DNA of 64,000 bases from Diplonema japonicum (taxonomy: Eukaryota > Protista > Euglenozoa: Diplonemea). The position numbers were made by a program, and so were the translations under genes. The DNA lies in the NCBI GenBank assembly GCA_964019335.1, contig OZ025697.1, positions 434,001-498,000 on the forward strand, given 5' to 3'. Below the pieces are notes generated by a model. That model was not told the origin of the DNA. It saw only the letters and a list, made by a program, of their open reading frames with translations, and made no database searches. Shown here piece by piece: positions 21,960 to 32,097 of the stretch; within the stretch, counting starts at the first letter, position 1; each line of letters opens with the position of its first letter.

Positions 21960-22998
21960 ACTTTTCCTCTCTTTCTACCTCTATGTTTCCTGCAGGTCCT
22001 CCTCGCTCCCAACATTTCCAATGCGCACCAATCGTTTTCCATTGGTACCCCCCATCTGCTTCGTAACCTAGCTTAGCATATCTCCTTGCAAACATTCCTT
22101 GCAGATACTCATATTCAGGTGTGTCCGAGTACCGCAACCCACGGCAGTACGACAAGAATTTCGTGAACTCAAAGGGGAGCCCCTCGCAGAGAAGCTGAGG
22201 GTTGGTCGCTCGTTTCATTTCGTGTAAGCGGGTGTGCCAGGTTTTAAGGGGTCCTTGCGAACGAAGGCCTATCCATGGAAGAGTTCCTTTAGCAAGGTAT
22301 ATTAACATATATGCTAAAGATTCCAGATCATCTCGCCGGGCTTGTTCGCAGCCTTTATCCGCGTTAAGAGAGCTGAAGTAAGGGGTTCCGTAAACAGTTC
22401 GGCCTTCTCTGTATGGGGTGTGTTGTAGAGTAGTGCCATTGAAGTATTTTTCAGATAACCCGAAATCGACGAGGAACAAAGTGTCTCGACAATCTGCCAT
22501 TCCTAGACAGAAATTTTCTGGTTTTATGTCACGATGGAGTATTCGTTTCCTGTGCAGAGTTTCCACCCTTCTCAAGGCCTGATCGGCGATTAATAGTACC
22601 GTTTTGACATCAAATTTTTTTCCCGGCATTTTTTTCATGATGCTCTCGAGGGAAGGGCCCAGTAGTTGCATGCCTAGCATACCGGGTTGTGAGAATTTCA
22701 GGTCTGCAAAGCCTTCCATTCCCTTCATTCTTTTTAGAATGCTTGTGTCTTTTCCGACTCGATTTCCTATTTTCACCGCGATCATGTCCCGGCCCCACAA
22801 AAATTTTACGCCTCTTCTAACTTCCCCGTAGCCACCTCGTCCTAACACTTCCTTTGTTACTATGTAACCCTCTGCTTCTGTGTCGCCGTTTACCCACCAC
22901 CTCCTTCCTTGTACTGATAAATAGCTTATCACAATGCTGCATAACACACTCGACACTACCACTCCGCACCATTTTATGATTTCAAAATCATCTAGCAT
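21958..22998 (-). CDS. Casein kinase 1-family protein kinase with N-terminal hydrophobic anchor
   Basis: GRGGYG, AVK, LLGPSLE, HRDIKPENF, DFGLS, GTPYFSS.NA and RRDDLESL motifs are CK1-diagnostic. Confidence 0.9.
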
Positions 22999-23750
22999 TT
23001 CTGAAAAAAAAAGTTTTTTTTTTAATATTTCAGAACCAGAAAAAAAAAAAGAAAAAATGGAACAAAAAAAAAAAGATTTGTGGAATAGGGGGGAAAGGAA
23101 GGAGAAAGAAAAAAAAAAAAAAAGGCGCGGCTTTAAAAAAGAAAAAAAAAATTTTTTTTTGCCCTCGACATGAGTTTTTTTTTTTTTTTTTTCCCTTCCT
23201 CTTCTCTATGATCGATGGGAGGGGCAGTTTTTTTTTTTTTTTTTTCCTTTCTTTTTTTCTTTGTAAGAAGAAGAAAGAAAGTACAGGAGCGGACACAGGG
23301 CCAATAAAAAAAGGGGGGGGGGGGAGGTTTGGTTAACTAAAATCGTGCGAATTTCCACGTGCGTCATTTGAACTTGAAAACGGGTGTGTGAATTGTGAGG
23401 AATACACACAAAACTACAAAAAAGAAAGCTGTCAGAAGAACGGAAAGAAGAAAATAAAAAAAAAAAGAAGGGGAAAAAAAACCAAACTGGGCAAACCCTG
23501 TTTTCGGGAGGTACACAGAAACTGGGGCCCAGAAGTAGGTGAGGGGGAATAAAGCGGAGCAAAGCGTAGCCTCAACTTTTGTTTTCTTCCAAAGAAAAAA
23601 AAAAAAAAAAAAAAAAAAGGAATAGGGAATGAAGGGAGAAGAAGGAAAAAAGAAGAGAGAAAAAAAAAGAAAGAAAATGATAACTATGAAGAAGGAAAGA
23701 AGAAGAAAAAAAAAACGGATAACCATCAGATAGGTAGGAAGAAAGGACTC

Positions 23751-23782
<32 letters not shown>

Positions 23783-23950
23783 TTTTTATTTCTCTTTGTT
23801 GGTTTTTTTTTTTATATTTATTTTCTATTTGGGCCATCCCCACCCCCCCTCCAATAGGGAAACAGCATAAAAATATCTAAACCAAAAAAAAAAATTTTTT
23901 TTTATTCTCTTTTCTTTCTTCAGCAACGGAAAAGCTCGGATATAATTGGG

Positions 23951-23983
<33 letters not shown>

Positions 23984-24024
23984 GTTTTTTTTTTTTTTTT
24001 TTTCAGAATGGCCTGAAGCCCAAC

Positions 24025-25067
24025 CTACAAAGGAATCTGGCAGCCCTGCACCTTGTACTCCAACATAAGGTTGTTCTCAGGAGGGAGACCAACAAGCGCA
24101 CGCAGGAAGTTCTCGACACATGACTTCTGGCGGAACAAAGCGTTAACCAAAGGCGTCCCCTCAGGGACGATAGGAGCCTTGGTAAGGTACGAAAGCATAG
24201 TACACACATGATGAAACCTCTGGAACCCAGCATCATCCTCCTTCTTGTACTCAACCCGCTCCATAAGCTCACACAGGATGACCAAGTCCATGATAAGAGG
24301 CGCGGCTAGCAGCGAGTCCTCACATGTGTTGTGGATCACCAGTGTGTTGCTACCACCCATGAAGATAGAAGAGGTGTACTCGTCCATGGCCCTCTTCGAG
24401 TCACCCACGAAGGGCATGTACTTAATAACAATGCAGTGGTCAGGGTGTTCGTTCTCAGCGTACAGAACCTTGTTGGAGGCCACCATGTCGTCCACAACGT
24501 TGGACTTTGTGATCTCCTTCGACCTGAACTGTGCAGGGGACGACAGATTCCTCCCGTCGTTGTTGCCGAGATGGTTGTACGATGCAATGCACTCCGGTTT
24601 GATACCAGCGCCCACAAGGTATTCTACAAGTGCGGATTTCAACTTCGTCTGCCCGGATTTGAAATCGTCACCGCCGATGAAGGTTTGTTCCCTCTCTGAT
24701 AGTTCGACGAGGCCCGGGACGAATGTGTTCTGCGGCGACCCGTTGATGTACGCTGTCTTCTCCAACATGCACGCGGCGGCGAAGAGGGTGCTGGGCGACA
24801 CCTCCTCCTCGCCTCTTTCGATCGCAGCGAGCAGGTTGTCGGCCGTGTCGTTGAGTCCCTCCTCGATCCGGGAGAACCTCTCAGTGGTCGCCGTCCACAA
24901 GACCACAACCTTGTCCAGACTGTGCTTCTCCTTGAAGTCCCTGATGTCCTGACGGATCTGCTGCATCTGCTCCTGCTTTGTCCCCGGGATCAGATTGTCA
25001 GAGCGATCCTTCTGGTTCGCGGCGATGAAGTCCTGGTAGTACACAGACTTGAGGGGCACGATGTCCT

Positions 25068-25101
<34 letters not shown>

Positions 25102-26296
25102 TTCACTCTTCAGAAATTACTTCACGCACTGGGGGGCCCATTACTTCACGCTAAATCACATTACTTCACGGTGAAATAATGACCTGTTTTCCGTGAAGTA
25201 ATAGGGGTTTCCGGTAAATAATATGCCTTGGTAGGCCAATTTTTGCCTCGGTTCGGTTCCCAGTGGGGCTACTTTTTCCTCTCAGTTTGCTAATTTCCCC
25301 CCAGGTTCAGTTCAATTGGCCAACTTTTGCCTCGGTTCGGTTCCCAGTGGGCCTACTTTTTCCTCCCAATTTGCCCACTTTTGGCTAGGCCTTGTTCCCA
25401 GTTTATGTGGGTAACTCTTCTGTGGGTAAGGGTAACTTAGTCAGCTTACCCAAGCACCCCAAAAGACTTCAAAATACCGAAGCAGCAGAAAAAAAGGAGC
25501 CAGCGGCCGCGCCAGGTATGGGAAGGCCTGATTAGAGATGGTGACAGTGGCAATGCCAGCGACAGCGGCAGCTCTAAGTCAACAAAAGGAGGGAAAACAA
25601 CTTGTATTGTAACCTTTGTAACCCCTCTTGTTGTACCCCTTGTCACCCTGTTGTGCCCCTCGTGGTGAAGTAATTTCAGAGTGTCGTGAAATAAAACCAC
25701 TTACCTACCGCCAAGTAATGCTTTACCGACCTCGAGGTAACGGTAAAGTCATTACTTGTTGGCAGTAAATAGCTATTTTTTCAAAAAATATTTACCTTGA
25801 GGTAAGGAACAAGCTGGCGTTGCAGGTCGTACTCCAAGACGCCACTGCGTTCCATGGCATCAGCAAGGTTCATGGACGAGATGTCCCAACCGCCGAGGAC
25901 GATGTCGTTGGGGTGGACCATCGGGACCACCTTGTTCAGGGGGACCGTAACCTCTTCGTTGTCGTCGGTGAAGCCCAAGCGCATGGTCGAGGCTTGTGTG
26001 ATGGACCCGAAGTAGTTGGGGTTCTGCACACCCCTGCGGGTCCTCCACGAGATCCCCTCCTTGTTGGCGATGATACCTGCGGCCACGGTGGTGCCGTTGT
26101 TCCCGCCAAGCCCGACAAGCATCATCCCCATCTTGGGGACCCTTGCGTCCGTCTTCAGCTGGAACTCAGTTGCGTTAGGCGTCACAGTGACATTGTCCCC
26201 ACTGACCTTCACTTCGGTGTTCTCGTACTTGTAAGTCGATGTGATGGTGTCCTCCTGGTACACCACGTTCGGCGCGTTCACCTTCACTTGCGTCAT
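24025..26296 (-). CDS. INO1: Myo-inositol-1-phosphate synthase; exons 26296-25796 and 25065-24025
   Basis: Conserved motifs [37 protein letters not shown] and [10 protein letters not shown]. Removing the GT-AG intron 25066-25795 restores ...VPYLK|DIVPLKSVY. Confidence 0.97.
25097..25775 (+). mobile_element. Helentron/HINE-like non-autonomous element inside the INO1 intron
   Basis: TTTATTTCAC at the left end with its inverse GTGAAATAAA subterminal (about 25686-25695), then a hairpin (about 25705-25767). T-rich flanks, no TSD seen. Internal 57-nt direct repeat at 25234-25290 and 25318-25374. Confidence 0.6.
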
Positions 26297-26579
26297 CTTT
26301 CTTCTTCTATGGACCTGTGAGGACTGACATGGCGAAGGCATGAAGAGGAGCTTACTTGGTTCAGTCGGTAAATAACTTAAAAAAAAGAAAGAAAAAAAAG
26401 AGAGATGTACCCACTTAAACCCTTTTTTTTTCTTTTTTTCCTTTCTTGACACCCCCTCCCATATGCTGGGAATGGGACCAACCAATCACATAAAAAAAAA
26501 AACAAAAAAAACAAAAAGATATGAACAAGGGATCTTAAAGGGGGGAGACGGGGTAATTCTTTTTTTTTCCTTTCCCTTT

Positions 26580-28777
26580 CTACGGCCGGTCAAGGAGTTC
26601 TCTGTCCTTCCGAACAACTTCGATGATCCTGTTGAGCTTCTCCACCTCTTGCTCCAAGAGAGATGCTGCTGACTTCTCGGGCTCCTTGCCCTTCTTGCCT
26701 AGGACAGGCTCTTCCTTCTCAGGAAGCCCCCGTAGGTTGGGCGACAGTTTAAGAGAGGACACCATGCCACGATCGTCACCAACAAGAATGATGGGTTCTT
26801 TGGGGTTGAAGGAGATTCGAGTCAGCTTGGCCTTCTTCACCACAAGCTGGTCACACATAGGCTCGTGCTTGTTCTTAAACTGTTTTTTTTTCTTTTTTGA
26901 AATCTTCTAAACGTCATACCAAATCATATACATGCACATGGCCGTCTGCAGTCACTGCTGCGAACACAGTTGAGCTGAAAGGAGCCCATGATGCCTCGCC
27001 AACAGCACTGTATTTTTTTTTATTTTTTTTTTAAACTTTTCCATTTAGCATACCTCCCCAAGTCGAACGACATCAACGGTCTGTTGGAGGACTTCTCCCA
27101 CAGTTTAACCGTCCAGTCCGCTGATGCAGAGAGGAACACCCCGCTGTGGTACTTGTTCCACTGCACGCTGTACACGCACATATAGTGCCCCTCGAAGCCC
27201 TCTGCGTCGTGAGAGTTGTAAGCTGTCGAGCACTTCTTGATCCGCCCCTCCTCTGTACCTACAATGAACTCCGAGTCCTGTTGCGTTGCGTTGTGTGGTT
27301 GTTGTTGTCGTGTTGTACCTGGAAGTCGAAACACGTTCCCCCCGACAGCCCCGCCAGCGATGCGTCCAGATCCTCCCTCTCACCCCCGATCCCCTCTGTA
27401 ACCTTCAGCTCCGTCACATCGTTGTGCTGCAGCTCGTTCTTGGACAGGATCCACTGCGTGACCCTCCCGTCGCTGCTGACACTGTAGAAGCTGAGGTTCT
27501 TGCCTTCCTCCTTCGACCAGTACACCTTATTTTTATATATTTTTTTTTTTTATTTTATTTTTTTATATTTTATCCAACACACCTGCCACACAGGGTCCAT
27601 ATGTTTCCCAGACTTCACCGTCGACATGTAAATAGGTTTGTTGGACTGCTGTCTCACATCAAACACCTGCACCGTCCCGTCGTATAGACCGCACGCGAGG
27701 AGCTGTGTTGTGTTGTGTTGTGTTGTGTTGTGTTGTGTTGTTACCCATCATCATCATCTTCTTCTTCTTCTTCCATACCGATGCGTGCTGCGGGTGGAAA
27801 TCTATGCACATGACACCCGACTCGGTGGAAAAGGTGTACTCTGGAAAAGACCAGTTTTTAAGAGACCAGCAGTGGATCATGCCGGTGCCTTGTTTGAGGA
27901 ACTCGTAGGAACCATAACCAACGGCGAAGAGGTCGTTGTACTTGGGGTTCCAGCATATCGACGTCACGGTCTTCTTCTTCGCCGTCTCCGAGTGGAACTT
28001 CCACAACGGGAGTAGAGTGCCGGAGTCGGGTTTGTACGGGTCACCCATGTCGTCCCAGTACTTGTAATCGTCAGTGATGTCGTGGCAGGAGTTTTGATTG
28101 ACCATTCGCTCCATGATCTTCAGGGAGAGAAGCATCTGCTGGCTGTTAAGAATATCTTCGTTTGGCTCGCCACCGGCGGTGTCGTCGCGCTTCTTGTCGT
28201 CCTTGGTAGTCTTTGATTTTTTCATAACAGCTTTTTGCTGGATCTCTTCCTCCTTGTAAGCGTCGTAGATGTCCCACTGTGAGGCAGTGCTTGAAAATGT
28301 GATGATTGGTGGAGGCTCAGTCATGATGTGCCTGTGGCGAAGTGGGTTGTTGAACGTCTGGCTGGCACGGTCGGTGAAGTTAAATTGATTCTTCAAAATT
28401 TTTGTCGAGACGCCTTCTTGCTCGACAAGTTCCGGGTTCTTCTCGGCTTCCTCTGCTAGTTTTAACGCTTTCATCTTGGCTGCGTGCTCTGCTTGTTGTT
28501 TCACGGCCTCTGCATCGTTGATGCCTATTGCGTTCCCATTGACCACCAGGTGGAAGGCTGTTTGGTTGGTGGTCGGTACCGGTTTGAAGCATCTCTCGTC
28601 CTTTTTGTGGGAGAAATAGTGTTCCTTGTGCTCGCCCCTCGTGCCCCCCACGTTGGGGTTTGTTGCCTTCAGGATTCTGTCAATTTGTTTCGCGAGCTCC
28701 TCCGCGTCGAGCTGCACGGTCCCGGGAAGCGTCACAAACTCCTTTGCCGGCTCATGGTACTGCCCTTCCCCTGACAT
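26580..28777 (-). CDS. DNAI1: Axonemal outer-arm dynein intermediate chain (IC78/DNAI1-like WD40), 6 exons
   Basis: Motifs [48 protein letters not shown] and LKLSPNLR. Introns 27703-27778, 27526-27582, 27278-27318, 27008-27053 and 26880-26919 are all GT-AG and restore the frame. Confidence 0.92.
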
Positions 28778-29230
28778 TCTTTTTTTATTTGTCCTCCCCT
28801 TTCCCTCCCCTCCCTGCCCTCCTGATTTGATTTGTTTCACGGGGGGAACCAAAAAAAAGAAAAGACAATTTCTTTTAAAAACGAGTGGTGAGATTTTTTT
28901 TAATATATAAAAGGGAAAAAAAGAGGGGCGGGGGAGGGGGGGGGAATGAAAAATATTGGGGGGAATAGTCGCTAAATCCGAACACCTATGTGTTTTTTTT
29001 TGGGGGGGTTTTTTGATCTCACTCTTTTTTTTTTCCTTCTTTTTTTTTTCGTTCTTCAAATACAAGAAAGGAGAAGAAGAAGAAAGAAAGAAACAAAAAG
29101 ACATGGAGAAAAAAAAAAAGAAAAAGAAAAACACAAAGGTGGGTGGGACGGCAAATTTAAAAAAAAAAAAAGAAGAAAAAAAAAAAAACGTTTATAATGT
29201 GTAGGTGTTTTTCGAGTGTAATACGTTTTT

Positions 29231-29587
29231 TCAGTTCTTGGCTTCGAAAACATAGGCCTGAGCAGCAACGTTGGATACACCGGGTGTGGCCTTCAGCTGC
29301 TCAAGGAAGTCGGCCTCAGGAGCGAAGGCGGCGCCCTTCCACTCTCCAAAGGCAGCAAGAGGCACGGTGGTCTGCACCTTGTAGTCCCACTCCGCCTTGC
29401 ACACCAGCCTCTGGACAGATGCGTCTTTAGGCAGCTTGCTCCTCACATCTGCTACAAGACTCTCAACTTTCTCCGCAGTTTCTTCTCCGTCCACCTTGCA
29501 CCTCCACTCCCTGGTCACAGTCTCAACAGGGATGGCGTAAGCACGGGCACCCATTGGCCTCACGAACTTGCTGCATGCGCGCATCAT
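29231..29587 (-). CDS. Small conserved hypothetical protein with a mitochondrial-type presequence
   Basis: Start MMRACSKFVRPMGARAYA; GC3-rich codon usage; globular composition (VQRLVCKAEWDYKV). Confidence 0.75.
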   Translation of the reverse strand: MMRACSKFVRPMGARAYAIPVETVTREWRCKVDGEETAEKVESLVADVRSKLPKDASVQRLVCKAEWDYKVQTTVPLAAFGEWKGAAFAPEADFLEQLKATPGVSNVAAQAYVFEAKN

Positions 29588-29845
29588 TGTTTTGTCTTTT
29601 TCTCTCTTTTGCTGAGGGGATATTGTGATTTGCGAAAACACGGGGGGGGGGGGGGGAGAAACCAGAAATGGAATGAACTGAATGGAAGAAAAAAAAACTA
29701 TTTAAAAGTGAAAAATAAATATATAAAAAAAGTGTAAAGAAGAAAAAAAAAAAAAAAAACACATAGGCTTTATTGAACATTAGAATAGAGCGGGGAAGGG
29801 GGGAGAGGGGGATCGAGACAGCCTGATCCCCGGAAGGAGAAGGCA

Positions 29846-31984
29846 TCACAACCCAGGGTCGAATTCTTCTACGGCAGTGGTGTCACCAGGTTCATCAGTT
29901 TCGATGATAGTGATTCTGCCCGAGACGTAGGGGCAGATGATGCCTGTGGTGAGGGTGTGCATGTTGGTAGGGGCAGGGCGGTTTCGCAATATCCTTCTTA
30001 AAATGTCGTTCACCGAGTTCTGTATTGCCTCGCCCCACCTCTGGAGGTACAGGTAGTTACGAAGCAGCACTGGCAGGATGACTCCTTGCTCAGCATCTAT
30101 GATTTTCCTCTTTCCAGAGAAGGCAAGGTACCCGTCGTTGCCTGCCGCAAGGTACGCACTCGTCGCCACCCGGTACACCTTTCCACACTCCACAGGATCG
30201 TACTGGTCGCCCTCCAGCTTGTTCAGCACCCACACGTCTTGTATCCTCCTCCCAGGGGGCATGTCTGGTTTAAATGAAAACTTGACGCCGCTCACCTGCG
30301 GGAACCGCCCATCGTGCCGGGGGTACTTGCTGACTGATGAGTTCAGCGCTTCTATCAAATCGTTCCCCGTCAGGCTGATCACGATGATAGGGTCTTCTAT
30401 AGGTACGATCTTCAGAAGGTCCTCTAGTGTGAGAGGACCTTTCTCGAACACAGTGTCGGCTCTGAAGCACCCGCCTTGAAGGAGGGCCACGTCGCAGTCG
30501 ACGAAGTGGTAGTACCATCTGGCGATGTCAGTGGCCCAGTTGCCGAACGCAGACTCGTGGGTTCTGATGTGTGAGAACCGCAGGTCGAGCTGCACCTCGG
30601 TTGTGGCGACGACCTTCCCCAGCCGTTCTTCTATCCCCCGCTTGTTGCTCTCTACGATTTGCAGCATTTTCTTATCCTCGTTCACCTCCGACGTCACCTC
30701 TACTTTCCGCACCTTCACCTCAACCTTGTACAGTTCGCTGTGTCCCTTCACCAGTCGCATTCCAGGCACTGATATGGACACGTGTGATAGGTACCTAAAG
30801 TCTGAGCCTGACTTGAGGATGGTGGTCTCGTTGACCTCCTCGTGCATGAAGTCGTGGTCGTGGCCGCCGAGGATCAAGTCGATCTGCGGGCACTGTTCTG
30901 CCAGCAGGCGGTCGTTGTGCATCCGCATGTGTGTTAGAGCGATTATGATCTGGACCCCGCTGTCTATCAGCAACTGGCACGTCTTGTTGGCGGCGTGCAC
31001 CATGTCTATGTACTGCACAGTGTTCGACAGCTGCCCACAGGCGTCGATCCATTCTTGCTCGACGACACCGAGGATCCCTACCTTCACGCCTTTCCAGTGA
31101 AATATTTTGTATTCCTTTGCCTTGCCCAGGGGTTCGCCCAGGTCCATGAGGTTGGTCAGAAGCCAGGGGAAGGTACACTTCTCCGACAGGTCGACGAACC
31201 TATCGATCCCGAAGTCGAGGTCATGGTTGCCGATGCAGGCGGCCTCCACGTTGAGGGCGTTGAGGATGGGCACCATGTGTGCGCCTTGTGTCACAGTGGC
31301 GGTGATGGACGGGCTGAAAGCGTCGCCGCTGAAGAGCACGTGCGAGCCAGGGTGCAGGGTCTGCAGCATGCTGAGCGAGCTTGCAAACCTCGCCACCCCA
31401 CCCACAGGCTCCTTGCGGAACCCGTCACAGTGGTACACATCGTTGAAATGTATCACAGAAAGGTTCACCTTCGACGGGCAGTGACGGGGCGACGTGCCCA
31501 TCAGGTCGGCGTCAGCTCGGACCGGTTCATTCCGCCCCTCACGCGGCAGGACAGCATCCGACAGCCTTTTCTGCGCCACGTCCCCACTACCCCGCGACTG
31601 GCCTACCTGCATGGCCATCATGACGCTCTCCAGTCTGGATGAGTGTTCCTTTAACAACCGTATCTCACTCACCAGTTCTCTGTTGCACGCTGGTTTCTTG
31701 CAATATAAAAGCTCCTTCCGCAATCTTGCTACCTCCTCTTTCTGCTCTGCAAGGTCCTCCTCGACAGACGTTCGGCCCATCTTATTTGATATCAACTCAC
31801 TCAGGTACACCAAAGGGTCAGCCGGCTGCTCCTTCAGCACATCGTGCAGGATGTCATTAAAGAGGGCGTGCAAGCCGTGCTGCCTGATGTATTCGATCGT
31901 CTTCAGCCGTGTCTCCGCTCTGTGTATGGGGTGCTCTTCGTCCTCTGCCGGGTCCCGTCCCCGTTCATCATCCGACTCCCCCAT
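29846..31984 (-). CDS. 5'-nucleotidase/apyrase-family metallophosphoesterase with N-terminal Dpy-30/RIIa-like docking motif
   Basis: HFNDVY, GDAFSPS, GNHDLDFG, ALTH and GGHDH motifs plus a 5'-NT C-domain (GRFPQVSG, YLAAGNDGY). N-terminal YIRQHGLHALFNDILHDVLKEQPADPLVYL. Start placed at the ATG after CCACCACAG. Confidence 0.9.
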   Translation of the reverse strand: MGESDDERGRDPAEDEEHPIHRAETRLKTIEYIRQHGLHALFNDILHDVLKEQPADPLVYLSELISNKMGRTSVEEDLAEQKEEVARLRKELLYCKKPACNRELVSEIRLLKEHSSRLESVMMAMQVGQSRGSGDVAQKRLSDAVLPREGRNEPVRADADLMGTSPRHCPSKVNLSVIHFNDVYHCDGFRKEPVGGVARFASSLSMLQTLHPGSHVLFSGDAFSPSITATVTQGAHMVPILNALNVEAACIGNHDLDFGIDRFVDLSEKCTFPWLLTNLMDLGEPLGKAKEYKIFHWKGVKVGILGVVEQEWIDACGQLSNTVQYIDMVHAANKTCQLLIDSGVQIIIALTHMRMHNDRLLAEQCPQIDLILGGHDHDFMHEEVNETTILKSGSDFRYLSHVSISVPGMRLVKGHSELYKVEVKVRKVEVTSEVNEDKKMLQIVESNKRGIEERLGKVVATTEVQLDLRFSHIRTHESAFGNWATDIARWYYHFVDCDVALLQGGCFRADTVFEKGPLTLEDLLKIVPIEDPIIVISLTGNDLIEALNSSVSKYPRHDGRFPQVSGVKFSFKPDMPPGRRIQDVWVLNKLEGDQYDPVECGKVYRVATSAYLAAGNDGYLAFSGKRKIIDAEQGVILPVLLRNYLYLQRWGEAIQNSVNDILRRILRNRPAPTNMHTLTTGIICPYVSGRITIIETDEPGDTTAVEEFDPGL

Positions 31985-32097
31985 GCCTGTGGTGGTGGCA
32001 AAAGGACACAAGGTATTAGGAAGAAATAAATATAAGAGATAAAGGAGGCCAGCGTTGATGGCGCCCTAATAAAAAGAAAGTGTTATGTAAATGCAAA

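Noticed and set aside
25097-25115. CTGAAGA-GT-GAAA on the minus strand, resembling a hammerhead core
   Set aside because: There is no room for stem II and no stem I/III partners; it is part of the element's inverted repeat.
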